Source: Scenedesmus sp. PABB004 (lineage: Eukaryota). From it: a stretch of DNA of 64,000 nt. The DNA lies in contig JABVCE010000019.1 in assembly GCA_014905635.1 (NCBI GenBank), forward strand, positions 620,001 to 684,000. Reading direction: 5' to 3'. Under the pieces are notes generated by a model, which saw only the letters and a program-made list of their open reading frames with translations, was not told the origin of the DNA and did not search any database. Below, piece after piece: positions 1 through 11,394 of the stretch. The stretch's first letter is position 1, and each line of letters starts with the position of its first letter. The translations under genes and the position numbers were made by a program.

Positions 1-474
1 CGGTAGGTGACGACGGCCTGGCTGGTGAGGAGGCCGCTCTGGTCAATGCCGCCGACCAGCGCCACCTGGCCCGGCGGGACGAGGAAAACGTAGCGGGCAA
101 GGGCGTTGATCACCCGCGCGTTGACCTGGGCGTTCACGACAGACCTGCGCGCGCGGCGGGCAGCGGCGGCGGTGCCGCGCTCCGCGCGCGGCGGGCGGCG
201 GCGGCGGTGCCGCGCTCCGCGCGCGGCGGCAGCGGCGGCGGTGCCTCGCACTGCGCGCGCTGCGCGCCGCGCAGCAGCAGCGGCGCGCAGCAGCAGCGGC
301 GGTGTCGGCGCGCGCGGCCAGCTCGCGGCCGCACCGCTTGGAGTTGTCAAACTGGATCGTCAGCGTGGCAGCGTTGCCGGCAGCGGCGCGCGGCGCCGTG
401 GCGGCCGGCTGCGCGCGCGCAGCGGCGAGCGCCGCGAGCGCTGCGATGGCGAGGAACACGTTGCGGGCGGCCAT
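1..474 (-). CDS. Secreted protein of unknown function, 5' part (runs off the window start)
   Basis: Signal peptide MAARNVFLAIAALAALAAARAQ. Exon 474-335, GT-AG intron 334-145, exon 144-1 continues in frame (RSVVNAQVNARVINALARYVFLVPPGQVALVGGIDQSG...). Confidence 0.7.
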
Positions 475-898
475 GGCGGCGGGGCTGGGCGGGCGGGCTG
501 GGGGGAGCGAGCGGAGGGTGTGGCGAGCGGCGCGGCGGGCGCCGGGTGTCGATGTGCGCGCGGGCGGCTTTGCAGCGTGACGGCGCCCGCCCCGGCGCGC
601 CGCGCGGCGAGCAACACTCCCGCCCTCCCGGCGGCGTGCGCGGTGCAGGCGCTTCCGGCAGCCTTCGGCGCGAAGCCGAGGCCGCGGCGGCGGCCGTGCG
701 GGGCGTGTGCGCCGGGCGGCCGCTCCTCGGCGGCGGGGCGCGCTGTGCTGCGGCGCTGCGGGCCTCCGGCCCGCTGGTCAGGCCAGGCAGGACGGAGATC
801 ACAGCAGCCCGCCGCCGTTTGCCGCCGCCGCTCTGCGCACCGCGAGACCTGAACCGCTCGCTGCTGCTCGTCGAATGCTCGGCGCCCGCCCGCGACAC

Positions 899-1026
899 GT
901 CCTTTTTCACGGACCTCCTGAGTGCAGCGACCGCAGGTGAGGGCCGCGCTGGGCAGGCGCGGCGCGGCGCCGGGGGCTCGCCGCCCGCCGGCCCATCAGC
1001 ACGAGCGCCGGGGCGCGCCGCCGCAG
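899..1026 (+). promoter_or_regulatory. RPL28 5' leader: pyrimidine tract (TCCTTTTTC) followed by a 5'-UTR intron 937-1026
   Basis: TCCTTTTTC at 900-908 in very T-poor DNA. CAG|GTGAG donor at 937 and CCGCAG acceptor at 1026, 17 nt before the ATG. Confidence 0.5.
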
Positions 1027-1043
1027 GCGGCAGCGTCGGCACC

Positions 1044-2251
1044 ATGGCCGCCATTCCCTCCGCGCTGGTCTGGGAGTGCGTGAAGGGCCACAACTCGTTC
1101 GTGCGCAAGAACCTGAACGGCGCCATCTTCAGCGCCGAGCCGGGCAACCTGTACAACAAGCACAGCTACAAGTACAGCGGTGCGCCCGCTGGGGCCGCGG
1201 CCGGCGCGGCGGCGGCAGCGCAGCAGCAGCGGCGGCGGCGGCGCGTCGGCAGCAGCGGCGGCAGCAGCGGCGGCCGGCGGCCGCCGCCGCCGCCGCCCTC
1301 TCGCGCGTGCGCCGCCCCACCGCGGATCGGCGCGCTGGCTGGAGCACACGCCGGAGCGACAGCGGGCGGCGCGTGCCGGGGCCGGAGCGCACGGCTGCTC
1401 GCAGCAGCAGCGGCAGCGGCCGGAGCTGCAGCAGCGTCGGCGCGGGACGGCGCCCGTCGCTGATCTGCGCAGCTGGTGGCGCGCACGGCGGCGCCGCCGC
1501 CGACGCGCGCGCACGCGCCGCACGCCGCAGGCGTGGCCAACGCCAAGACCGTCGACATCACCGCCGAGGGCGACGCCGTCAAGGTGGGTCGAGGAGGGCC
1601 GGGCCGGATAAGGGGCCTCGCCGGGCTGCTGGACGGAGCAGACCCGGCTGGCGACGGCAGCACGGCGGCTGGCTGGCGGCGCGCGGCACGCGGCACGCCA
1701 GCAGCCCGGCGCCGGCGCCGCCGCCCGCGCGCGGCCGCGGCGGGCGCCGGATCCTCTGCCCGCGCCGGCCGGCAGCCGGGCCGGCCGGCCGCCAGGTGCC
1801 GGGCGCCGCTGCCCCAACACGCCGCTGCGGCCGCCCGCGCCCGCGCCTGCCGCAGGTGAGCAAGAAGCGGTCCAAGACGGCGCAGCAGCCGGCCAAGGGC
1901 CTGGCGGTGAGCGCGTCGAAGAAGCCCGGGCGCCGCGTGCTCAAGGCGGTGGCCAAGGACGTGGGCAGCTACCGCCCCGACCTCAAGGTGGGAGGGTTTG
2001 GGGCGAGGGGGCAGGGCGAGAGTTTAGGGCAGGCGGGGGAGGAGGGTTAAGGGCGGGCGAGGGAGGAGGGGATGTGGCCGCGCGGTGCGGCGGAGGTTGG
2101 GAGTAGGGCGGGCAGCCGGCCGCCGCGGCCAGGCCGCCGACGCGCCGCGCCGCGCCGCGCTCGCTCCTGCGCGCAGGCCGCCGCCGTCGCGCGCGCGAGC
2201 GCGGTGCTCAAGAGCCTCCGCGTGAAGAAGGCCGCCGCCAAGGCCCAGTGA
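1044..2251 (+). CDS. RPL28: 60S ribosomal protein L28 (eL28), 4 coding exons: 1044-1179, 1531-1583, 1856-1987, 2177-2251
   Basis: Spliced product MAAIPSALVWECVKGHNSF...FSAEPGNLYNKHSYKYSGVANAKTVDI...SYRPDLKAAAVARASAVLKSLRVKK matches the eL28 signature. All introns are GT-AG. Confidence 0.96.
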
Positions 2252-2547
2252 CGCAGCAGACGCAGCAGCAGCGGCGGCGGCGGCGGCCGCGGCGCGCGCG
2301 GGACGCGCTGCCGCAGCGCGCGGCGGCGGGCCCGGACGCGCGGCGGCCGCGCGCGGTAACTGGCTCGGCCTCGGAGGGCTGCGACCGCAGCGCCGCGCGA
2401 TCGCGAGCGGCGCAGCGGCTGCAACGGCCGGGGCGGCGTTACGTACGCGCTCGGACCGCGCAGCACGCGTGCCGCCCTGCGGCGCGCGCAGCACGCGTGC
2501 CGCCCTGCGGCGCGCGCAGCACGCGCCCCTGCGTGCGGCGCGCACCG

Positions 2548-4728
2548 CTAGCTGCCCTCGCCAAACTCGCCCGCCTGCGGCGCGACGGCCTGCCGCTCAA
2601 ACCGATCCTCATCAAAGAAGGCGGCACGCACCTGCGGCAGGCAGGGGGGGGGGGGCGCGCGGCGCGGCGCCTCGCTGAGCCCCGCGCCGCGGCGGCGGCC
2701 GCGCGCAGGGCGCCCCTCGGCACGCGCGCGCTGCGCGGGGCTTTGCTCGGCGCGCGCGCGCGCGCGTGCAAGCGCGCGGCGCGCGCCTGGCGGCCGGCGA
2801 AGAAGCGGCCCTGCAGGTCGACCAGCGCGCGCGTCGCGGCGGCGACAGAGTCAAACTTGATGAAGATGCGCACCTGCTTGGGTGGAGGGGCAGGGGGGGG
2901 GCAGGGAGGGGGCGTGTGCGTGTGTGGGTGTGTGTAGGGGAGGGGGGGGGGCAGTGTGCGTGTGCGTGCGTGCGTGCGTGGGCGTGGGCGTGGGCGGGGA
3001 GGGAGGGGCGCAGCTGCAGCGGGGGAGCGCTGCGCGCCGCGTTGGCCGGCGCGCGCGCCGCCCACCTCGCCCACGCCAGCCGCCCCGCCCGCGCCTGCCC
3101 GCGCCCGCCCGCGCCCGCCCGCGCCCGCACCCACTCTCCCGCGCCCCGCGCGCCGCACCGCCTCTGCCGGCTCGTAGCCGGGCGTGGTGACCTCAAAGAT
3201 GACCACATCCTCAACCAACCCATACTTGGTGCACTCGTTGCCGACCTGGCCGGTGTGATGGGCGGCGCGGTGGGCCGGCGGGGCCGTGCGGGCGCGCACG
3301 AGAGCGCGTGCGCGGGCGCGCGAGGCGCGTGAGCGGGCGCGTGAGAGGGTGGGCGCGCGGCCGGCGGCGCGAGGGCGAGCGCCCCGCGTGCCGCACCTCC
3401 TCCTCCAGATCCCCGTCCACCTCGCCCGGGCCGACCATGTTTCGCAGCACGACGACGCGCGTCGGCACGCCGACGAACGACCCCCGCCGGGCCGGCCGCC
3501 GGGCGGGCCGCCGTCGGCGCTCACGATCAGGCCCGCGTGCGCGGCCGTCTTTTGCGCGACGAGCGGCGCCGCCATGCCCTGCCGGTGCCGGCCGAGGCCC
3601 TGGCCCTCCCGCCAGCCCATCTTCTCGAGAAGCTTCTGCGCCAGGCCCATGCCCCGCGGCCCGGCGCCGCCGCCGGGGTCCGCCGCGGCGGCGGGCCCGC
3701 CCGCGGCCGGCGGCGGCGGCGGCGGCTTCGCCGCCGCGCCGGGGCCGGGCCCGGCCGCGCCGCCGGCGGGGCTGGCGCTGCGGGCGCGGGGCGGCGCGCG
3801 CGCGGGCGGTGTGGGTGCGGCGCCTAGCCCCCGGCGCCCACTGCCGCGCGCCGCGCCGCCGCGCGCCGCGCCGCACCCGCTGAGCCGCGCGCGCGCCGCA
3901 AACGCCTCGTCGCCGCTCATGCGCAGCCGGCGCTGCCGCTCGCGCTCGTACGCGTCGTCATCGGCGGCGGCGGCGGCGCCGCCGCCCGCGGCGGCGGCGG
4001 CCGGCGCGGGGCCTGGCGCGCCGCCAGCGGCGCCGCGCGGCCCCGGCGGGGCGGTGAGCGGGCCGAGGGGGTCGTCCGCGTCCTCGTGCTTGATGGCCAC
4101 CGGCGCGGGCGGCGGCGCGCCGGGCGGCGGCCGCGCCGCGGCGGCGACAAACGCGGCGGCCTCGGCCTGCTGCCGCTTGCGCCGCTCAATCTCCTGCGGC
4201 GGCGCGCGGCGCGGCGCGTCGGGGCGCGTGGCGCGCGCGGGGCGCCCTGCGCGGCGGCGCGCGCAGCGCGCGCACCGCCTCGGCCTCGCGCAGCCGCGCG
4301 GCGGCCTCGGCCGCGGCCGCCGCCTCGGCCGCCGCGTCGGCGCGGGCGCGCATGAGCGCCTCATAGTCGTTGGGCGTCGCGGGATCGTACTCGTCACGCA
4401 GCGGCGCGCCGTCGGGGCCCGTGAGGAAGGCGGCCGAGCCGCCGGCGGCGTGCGCGGGCGCGGTCGCGCCGCGCCCGCCGGGCGCGCCGCCGCCGCGCGC
4501 GGGGACGGGGCCCGGCCCCGGCCCCCGCGCGCCGCCGCGGCCGCCGGCGGGCGCGCGGCCCGCCGCGCCGCCGCGGCCGGCCGCCGCGCGCACGACAGAC
4601 GGCGGCGCGAGCACTGCGGCGCCGCTGCGCGGCCGGGCCGAGACGCTCGCGGGCTGCAGCTTGGGCGCCGCCCAGCGCGCCGGCGCGTCCTCGTCCCGCG
4701 ACGAGGGCAGGTCGCCGTAGAGGGACAT
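2548..4728 (-). CDS. SPF45: Splicing factor 45 / DRT111 / RBM17 homologue (G-patch + UHM/RRM)
   Basis: MSLYGDLP start, DEYDPATPNDYE motif, G-patch AQKLLEKMGWREGQGLGRHRQGM, UHM PTRVVVLRNMVGPGEVD...ECTKYG...VRIFIKF...GRFFAGRQVRAAFFDE. Last intron has a GC donor (2786). One apparent 1-nt deletion at about 3494. Confidence 0.93.
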
Positions 4729-5237
4729 CGCCGCCGCCGCCGGCGCCGCCCGGCACGCACGGGCGGCGCCGCGCTCGGCCGCTGCCGCGCCGCCCCGCCG
4801 GGCCGGCTGCGGCCCCAATGCACCAAAGAGGGCGCCCGTGAGACGCTGGCGGAGCGCAGGGCGCTTGCAGGCGGGCGGCGGCGCAGGTGCTGCAGGAGCA
4901 GCGGGCGCAGGGCAGCGCGTCGGCGGCAACCGATGCGGCGGCTCGTGGGCGCGTGCTGCGCGGGGGCGTGCTGGCAGACTGCGCCCGCGGCGCAGCGCCT
5001 CAACCGCGGCGGCGCAGCGGCCTGCCAAAGCGCTGTGCCGCCGCCGCTCGACTTTGTCGCCCGCACGGCCGCCGGCCGCATCCCCATCCCCCCGCCCTTG
5101 ACTCCTTTTGCGCCTGTGCTGATCGGAGCCGATCCGTGCTGGCGGCACCGTAGAATTGCCTGGGCAGGGCCGATCTGGCCGCGCGCGGCGCGCGGCGCGG
5201 CACTCGCCCGCCGCTGGCACTCGCTGCCTGCGCCGCG

Positions 5238-6913
5238 ATGTCGCGGGCCGCCCTCTTCGACCTGGCGGCGGACCTGCACCCCCCGGCGCTCAGCGAGGGC
5301 ATCGCCGCGGCGGCGGCGGCGGCCTTCCGCGCGTCCCTGCCCGACGACGCGGCTGTCGATTCGACAGCGCCGGCGCTGGGCTGCGACCTGCTGTGTGAGG
5401 CCGAGCGCGAGGCCGAGGGCGGGGAGCCGCCGGCGAGGCCGAGTGCCGAGTCGCCGCGGGAGCCGGGCCCGCGGCGGCAGCGCAAGGCAAGGCCAGAGGT
5501 GCTGCCGCACGCGGCGGCGCAGCGCCAGGATGGCGCCGGCCTGAGCCTCGCGATGCAGGTCAGGCGCATGATCGCCGCGCTGCAGGTGCGCGGCGCCGCG
5601 CGCGTGCGGGGCTGCGCGCCGCCGGCTGCCGCCGAACCGCGCGCGTGCGGGGCTGCGCGCCGCCGGCTGCCGCCGCGCCGCGCGCGGGGGGCTGCGCGCG
5701 GTCGGTCGCCGCCGGCGCGGCGCGCCTCGCGCGACCCCCGCGCCGCGCCGCGCCGCGCGGCAGGTGCGCACGGAGCTGGTGGCCGACCCGGCCGTCGCGC
5801 AGCTGCTGGAGGACCTGCGGCGCTGGGACGTGGCCAAGCAACGGCCAAACGACCTGGTGCGGACAGCGGCGACCTTGCCGCCGCGGGTTGCGCGTGGGTG
5901 GGGCGCGGCGCCGCCGCCCCGGCCCCGCGCCTGCCGCGTGACGCGGCGGCCGCGGCGGCGCGCGCAGGTCATGGGCGCGGCCGTGCTGGACGGCGCGGGC
6001 GTGACGTACGCGTCGAGCGCCAATGCGCAGCTGCGATGCCCGGGCAGCGGCTGGCGCGGCACCATCGTCCGGGGCGCGGGCCGCGCCAGGTACCTCATCC
6101 GCTGCACCGGCTGCGGCGCCGGCTTCAGCCGCAACACGTGGGCGGCGCACCTCGGCGCGAAAGACAAGCGGCCGACGCGCCAGCTGGTCCTCGAGGACCT
6201 CCGGCTCAGCGTGAAGGTGAGGGGGCGGCCCCGCGCGGCGGCGTGAAAGCTGTGCGCCGCGAGTCGTGCCGCCGGCTCCGCCCGGCCCGCCCCCTTAACC
6301 CTAAACCCTGAACCCTAGGACTTTGCGGTCCTGGTCGGCACGCCGGACATGTCGCTGGCGTGCTGCTGCTACTGCGCGTGGAGCAGCGAGCCGACTCCCC
6401 CGACGCCCGACTGCCCCGACGGCGGCGAGGAGGGGCTCACGGTGTGCCGGAGCTGCCCGGTCGCCTTCCACGCCAGCTGCGCGGCGGCGCACGCCCCGGA
6501 GGCGGCGGCGGCGTTCGAGCAGCGCGACCGCGAGGCGGCCGCCGCCGGCGCGGCGCGGGCCGCGGAGGGCGCGGGCAGCAGCGCGGCCGCGGCCGCGGTC
6601 GGCGGCGCGGGCGGCGAGCACGCGGTGGTGTGCCCGAGCTGCGCGGAGGCCGCCGCGTGCGCCGCCGCGGGCTGCACCTGGTGCCGCGCGCACCCGTCGC
6701 CCGTACTGAACATGCAGGCCTTGGAGGAGCTGGTGTCGGACGCGGTGGCGCGCGACGCGGGCGCGGTGGCAAAGCTCAAGTCTGCGCTTGAGGCGGCCAT
6801 GCCTGCGGCCGCCGCCGCCGGGGCCGACGGCGCGGCGGCGCAGGCGGCCGCGGAGCAGGCGGTGGCGGCCGCAGAGGCGGCGGCCAGCGGCCGCGGCGTG
6901 GTGAGCGACGACA

Positions 6914-6962
<49 letters not shown>

Positions 6963-7827
6963 TGGGGGCCGCCCGGCGCGCGGCGGTCCGCCGCGCAGCG
7001 GCGCGGCGCATGGCGGCGCGTCGCGCAGCGGCGCGTCGCGCTCTGGCAAGCGCAAGCGCCCCGGCGTGACGGGGGCAGCCGCCGCGGAGCGGCCGCGCAA
7101 GCGCGGCCCGCCCTCGGACGCCACGGGCGGCGCCCGCAGTCGCGCCCGCAGCACGGCTGGGCAGCAGCCGCAGCCGCCGGCGACGCCGGCCGCCTCCAGC
7201 CCCGGGAGGGGACGGCGCGCGCCGGCGCAGGCATCGCCGCCCAAGCGCAAGAGGCGCGGGGGCGCTGCAGCGGCAGCTCTCACGCCGCCGGCGGCGGCTC
7301 AGCAGGCGCCGCCGCAGGGCCGCGCGCGCGCCCGCCGGACTGCGCAGCAGCAGCAGCAGGAGCAGCAGCAGGAGCACGAGCACGAGCACGAGCACGAGCA
7401 GGGGCAGCAGGAGGAGCAGCAGGAGGAGCAGCAGGAGGAGCAGCAGCAGGGCGAGCCCGCTGGCCAGCTGCAGCTGGCGGTCGTGCCGGCGGGCGCGGGC
7501 CACCAGCTGCAGCTGGCGCCTGGCGGCGGCGCCGGAGGCCTGCCGCCGGGCGCCGCACTGGCGCCCTTTGTGAGCGTGTCTCACGCCTGGGTGCAGCTGC
7601 TGATGCTGCTGGGTGAGCTGCAGCTGGAGCCGTCAGAACTGGAGGGCCTGGCGGCGCGCGTGGGGGCGGGCAGAGACGCGCTGCTCGGCCTGCCGGCGTC
7701 GGACGAGCGGGTGGCGGGGTTTGAGGCGGACTACATGCTCGTGGGCATGTGGGTGAGGGCGGGCACGCTGGGCGGCGCGCTGGGCGCGCTGGAGCAGCTG
7801 CTGGAGCGCCTGCTACGCGAGGCATGA
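5238..7827 (+). CDS. Putative chromatin protein: TDBD (Tify/Jas-TPL-binding, SAND-like) domain + extended PHD finger, paralogue 1
   Basis: Exons about 5238-5586, 5764-5856, 5968-6216, 6319-7827. IRCTGCGAGFSRNTWAAHLG...LVLEDLRLSVKD resembles the TDBD of IDM1-like proteins. CCYC...CRSCPVAFHASC...CPSC is a PHD finger. Basic NLS-like KRKR motifs. Confidence 0.75.
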
Positions 7828-8337
7828 GCGGCGTCACCACGGCTGGCCTCGGCACGCCGACGGTGCTGCTGCTGCCGGACCTGGGCGTGGGCGATCAGGG
7901 GAGCATGCTTAAGATGTTGCAGCGGCTGGCCGCGGGGCGCGCGCACGGGCGCCCGTGCGCGCGCCGGGCCGGCCCGGCGCGGCGGCCGCCGCGCGCGCGC
8001 CGGCGCCGCGCCGCCTGCGGCCGTGCCGCGGCGTGGCCGTGCCGCGCGCGTCGTGGTGGGCGCTGTGCTCGTCGCGGAGTGCCGCACGCCGCGGGGGCCT
8101 GCCGCATGGGGCGATGGCGGCACCGCGGCGGCGGCGGGGCGGCACACCGTTACGCGCGTCGGCCCAGGTCGCCGCAACAGGCCCAGGTCGCCGCCAGCCC
8201 GCCCGCCGCCGCACTAGTCGCGTCGATACAGCCCGCCCCCGTAGCCCGGCGCCATGGGCCGCTGAGCCGGGGGCGAGACACCCGCGGCCGCGCGCGGCCA
8301 ACTGCAGCGGTACGCGCCCCGCCTGGACGCGCGCGCC

Positions 8338-10151
8338 ATGGCCAGCTCGCCCGGCTGCGACGCGGAGATGTGCGGCGGCGAACCCTGCCCCGCCGAGCGC
8401 GGCGAGGGCCCCGTGAAGGCGCTGGTGGAGGGCCGACGACTGCGCGGGCTCTCGTGGAACAAGACGCACCTGCTCTGGCGCGTGCGCATTTACTACAACG
8501 GCAAGCTCCGCTTCGTTGGGCGGTGCGTGCTTTTGAGCAGCGGGCGGCGGCGCGCGGTGCGGGTGCCGCCGCGAGCCCGCGGCGCTCGGCCGCCGCCCCC
8601 AGGGGGATGAGCTGCGCGCGCGGGCCGCACTCCTCCTCCTCCGGAACGCTCACCCCGACACGGCGCTGCGCCGCACCAGCACGCCGCCGAGCGTGCGCCG
8701 GCCTCACGCGCCGCCTCGCGCCCACGCCGCGTGCGCCGCGCTCCGCTGTGCAGGTTTGACGACGCCGCCACCGCGGCCAAGGCGTACGACAAGGCCGCCG
8801 TGTACCTCTACGGCGCATCCGCCATCACCAACTTCGGCCTGGAGGCCTGCCTCGCCGACCCATCCGAGGTGCGCGCCGCGCCGGCGGGGCTGCGGCCCGC
8901 GGTGGGCGAGCTGACAGCCCTGCCGCCGCGCCTCCCCCCTCTGCCGCGGCCGCCCAGGTCGGCGCCTGCATTGTGCGGGCCAAGGAGGAGGCCGAGCAGC
9001 AGGCCGCCACGCGCGCCGCGCAGCCGCAGCTGGCGCACAAGCTGGCGGGAGGCGGCGGCGCCGCCGCCGCGCACCACGCCGGCCTCGCTGCGGCGAGCCT
9101 CGCCAGCCTGGCAGGCCTGCATGCTGCGGCAGGGGCGGCCAACTCGGGCTCCGCCCGCGCGGGCTCGCCCGGCAGCAGCAGCAGCCGGCAGTCGGCGACG
9201 CAGCCGGACGTCGCGTCGCTGCTGCTCGCTGGCCAGCTCGGCGGCGGCGAGCCGGGCCTGGCCGCGGGGCTGCACCTGGCCGGCGCGGACGCGCTCCTGC
9301 AGCAGCAGCTCCTGCAGCACGGCCTGCTGGGCCCCGACGGCCTCGCCGGCAGCACCGCGGCCGGCGTGCCGGTCAGCCTCGGCGCGCTCGTCGCCGGCGT
9401 GGCCGGCGGCGCCATCGCGAGCAGCAGTGCGCTGCTCTTCCCGCCGGCCTTCCCCGTGCAGGCGCTGCACATGCCGCAGCCGGGCGGCTGCGCGCGGCAG
9501 GGGCAGCTGCTGGTCGGCGGCCCGCCCGCACGCTCGACCAGCCTGCCGCAGCAGGGCCAGCAGTGGGCGGCCGGCGGCGACGCGTCGTCGTCGCTGCTGG
9601 GCGCCGCGGGCCTGAACGGCCTCGGCGGCTTTGACTGCCGCGAGCTGCAGGACAGCCTGGCCATCACCGCCGCGAGCGCGAGCGCCAGCGCGGGCCTCAG
9701 CGCCGCCGCGCTCTACGGCGGCCGCGCCAGCATCAGCCTGTCGGCGGACTGCCGCGCCGGCGTGGCGCTCGCGCCGCCGCCCGCCGCGGGCGGCTTCTTT
9801 GGCGCCGGGCAGCTGCTGCTCGCGCAGCAGCAGCAGCAGACCGCCGCGCTGCTGCGCCAGCAGGCCGCGATGGTGCAGGCGCAGCTGCAGGAGCTGGCGG
9901 TGCACGAGGCCATGGCCAGCTCTACCGCCGCCGCCGCCGCCGCCGCGGCGGCCGCATTTGCGGGCGGCGCCGGCTTTGCGCCGGCTGGCTGCCAGATGCT
10001 GTTCCACTCGGGCGGCGGCGGCGCTGCCGGCGGCGCGGCACAACCCGCGGCGGGCTACGCGGCTGGTGCCAGCGGCAGCCCGCCCGGGCTCCACGCCTCC
10101 ACCGGCTCCTCTAGCGGCAGCCTCAGCTCGCGCTGGAGCATGCCGATGTGA
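8338..10151 (+). CDS. AP2/ERF-domain transcription factor
   Basis: Exons 8338-8522, 8754-8868, 8958-10151 give LRGLSWNKTHLLWRVRIYYNGKLRFVGRFDDAATAAKAYDKAAVYLYGASAITNF (AP2 domain), followed by a Q/A/G-rich tail. Confidence 0.9.
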
Positions 10152-11394
10152 CCCTGCCGGGCGCTCGAATGCATGCATCGTACAATGCACGAATAAATGC
10201 ACGCCCACGCGCCCCCGGAGACTGACTGCGGGGGAATTTCGTGCACGGCCAACGGCCGCGAAAGGGGGGGCCCGCGTGTGCGCCCGTGCGCCGCGCGGCG
10301 CCCGGCTGAACATGGGGCAGCGGCCGTTGACCGCGCCACCGGCCGGCGGCCGCCGCCGCGCAGGCGGCCCGCACTCCCCCTGGTGTTGCCTGGGTGTGTG
10401 ACGTGTTGGGCGTGGGCCGGCGGCCGCCGCACTACATCATCTGCACTGCGGCCTGCCGAGGCGCCCGCTCTGAGCTAGCGTAGGCCACCAAACCCCTTGA
10501 GTTGAGTAGCCGCTCGCAGCGCTCTCGTGTCACACCTTGTTTCTTCCTTGTTGGTAGCTGCCTGGCCGGGGCTGGCCTTTGCCTGGCTTGCGTGCGGTCC
10601 TTGCCGGCAGCCCTGCCGCCATGGGGGGCCCGCACGCCAGGGCCGCCCTCAGTCTGCCGGCGGGCGCCCGCAGCCGCCGCCCTGGCCTGTGGCCGTGCCG
10701 GTGAGCGCCGCGGCGCACCGCGCACCTGTCGGCGCCCGCCGTGTGCGCGCGTGTCGGACGGCGTCGTCGGGCTGCTCTCAATGCAAGCCGCCCCACTCGC
10801 GTCACAGTGCGTGGGTGTACCCTTCCTTTGAACAGTTCCGCCAAGGCTAGACTAGATTAGAGCATCCGCCATGCGAAGAATCTACTGCCGCCTGTGTGGC
10901 GCGTGTTGTGTGGTTGTTGACGCGCGCGCGACAAGCCAGCGGGCGCGCACGCCCACGCTTGCCGCCGCCGCCGCCGCCGCCGCGTGACAGCAGCAACGCG
11001 CGCGGAGGTGGCGCGCGGCGCGCGTGTGTGTGCGCGCTGCGGCCCACGCACGCGGGGAGGCCAGAGGGGCGGCGGCATGCCCAAACGCATGATTGACCCA
11101 GCCGCAGCGCGGCAGGTGAAGGCTGGTGGATTCAAGGAGCAGGTGGGCGGATGGCTGGACGGCTGGCCGGCCGGGGCCGCCAATGCGCCCTGGCTGGGCG
11201 CAGCCGCTTCAGGTGGGCGGGGCGCGCAGCCGCTGGTCGCCAAACCACGTGTGTGTTTGACGGCTGCTGCAGGGGATATGGATATGGGAAGAGATCAGTT
11301 GACCGTGCGGCGGCAGGGCGCATGTTCGCAATCACGGTGCTCGCCCTGCGCCGGCCGGCAGGCATTGACCAGGGGTTGGGGCGTCGCCGCACAG

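Noticed and set aside
2439..6167. Very long Ala/Arg/Pro/Gly-rich ORFs (e.g. 1242 aa here, 1342 aa at 19531, 945 aa at 32551) as single genes
   Set aside because: Stop codons are rare at this GC content. These ORFs run through introns and antisense strands of recognisable spliced genes.
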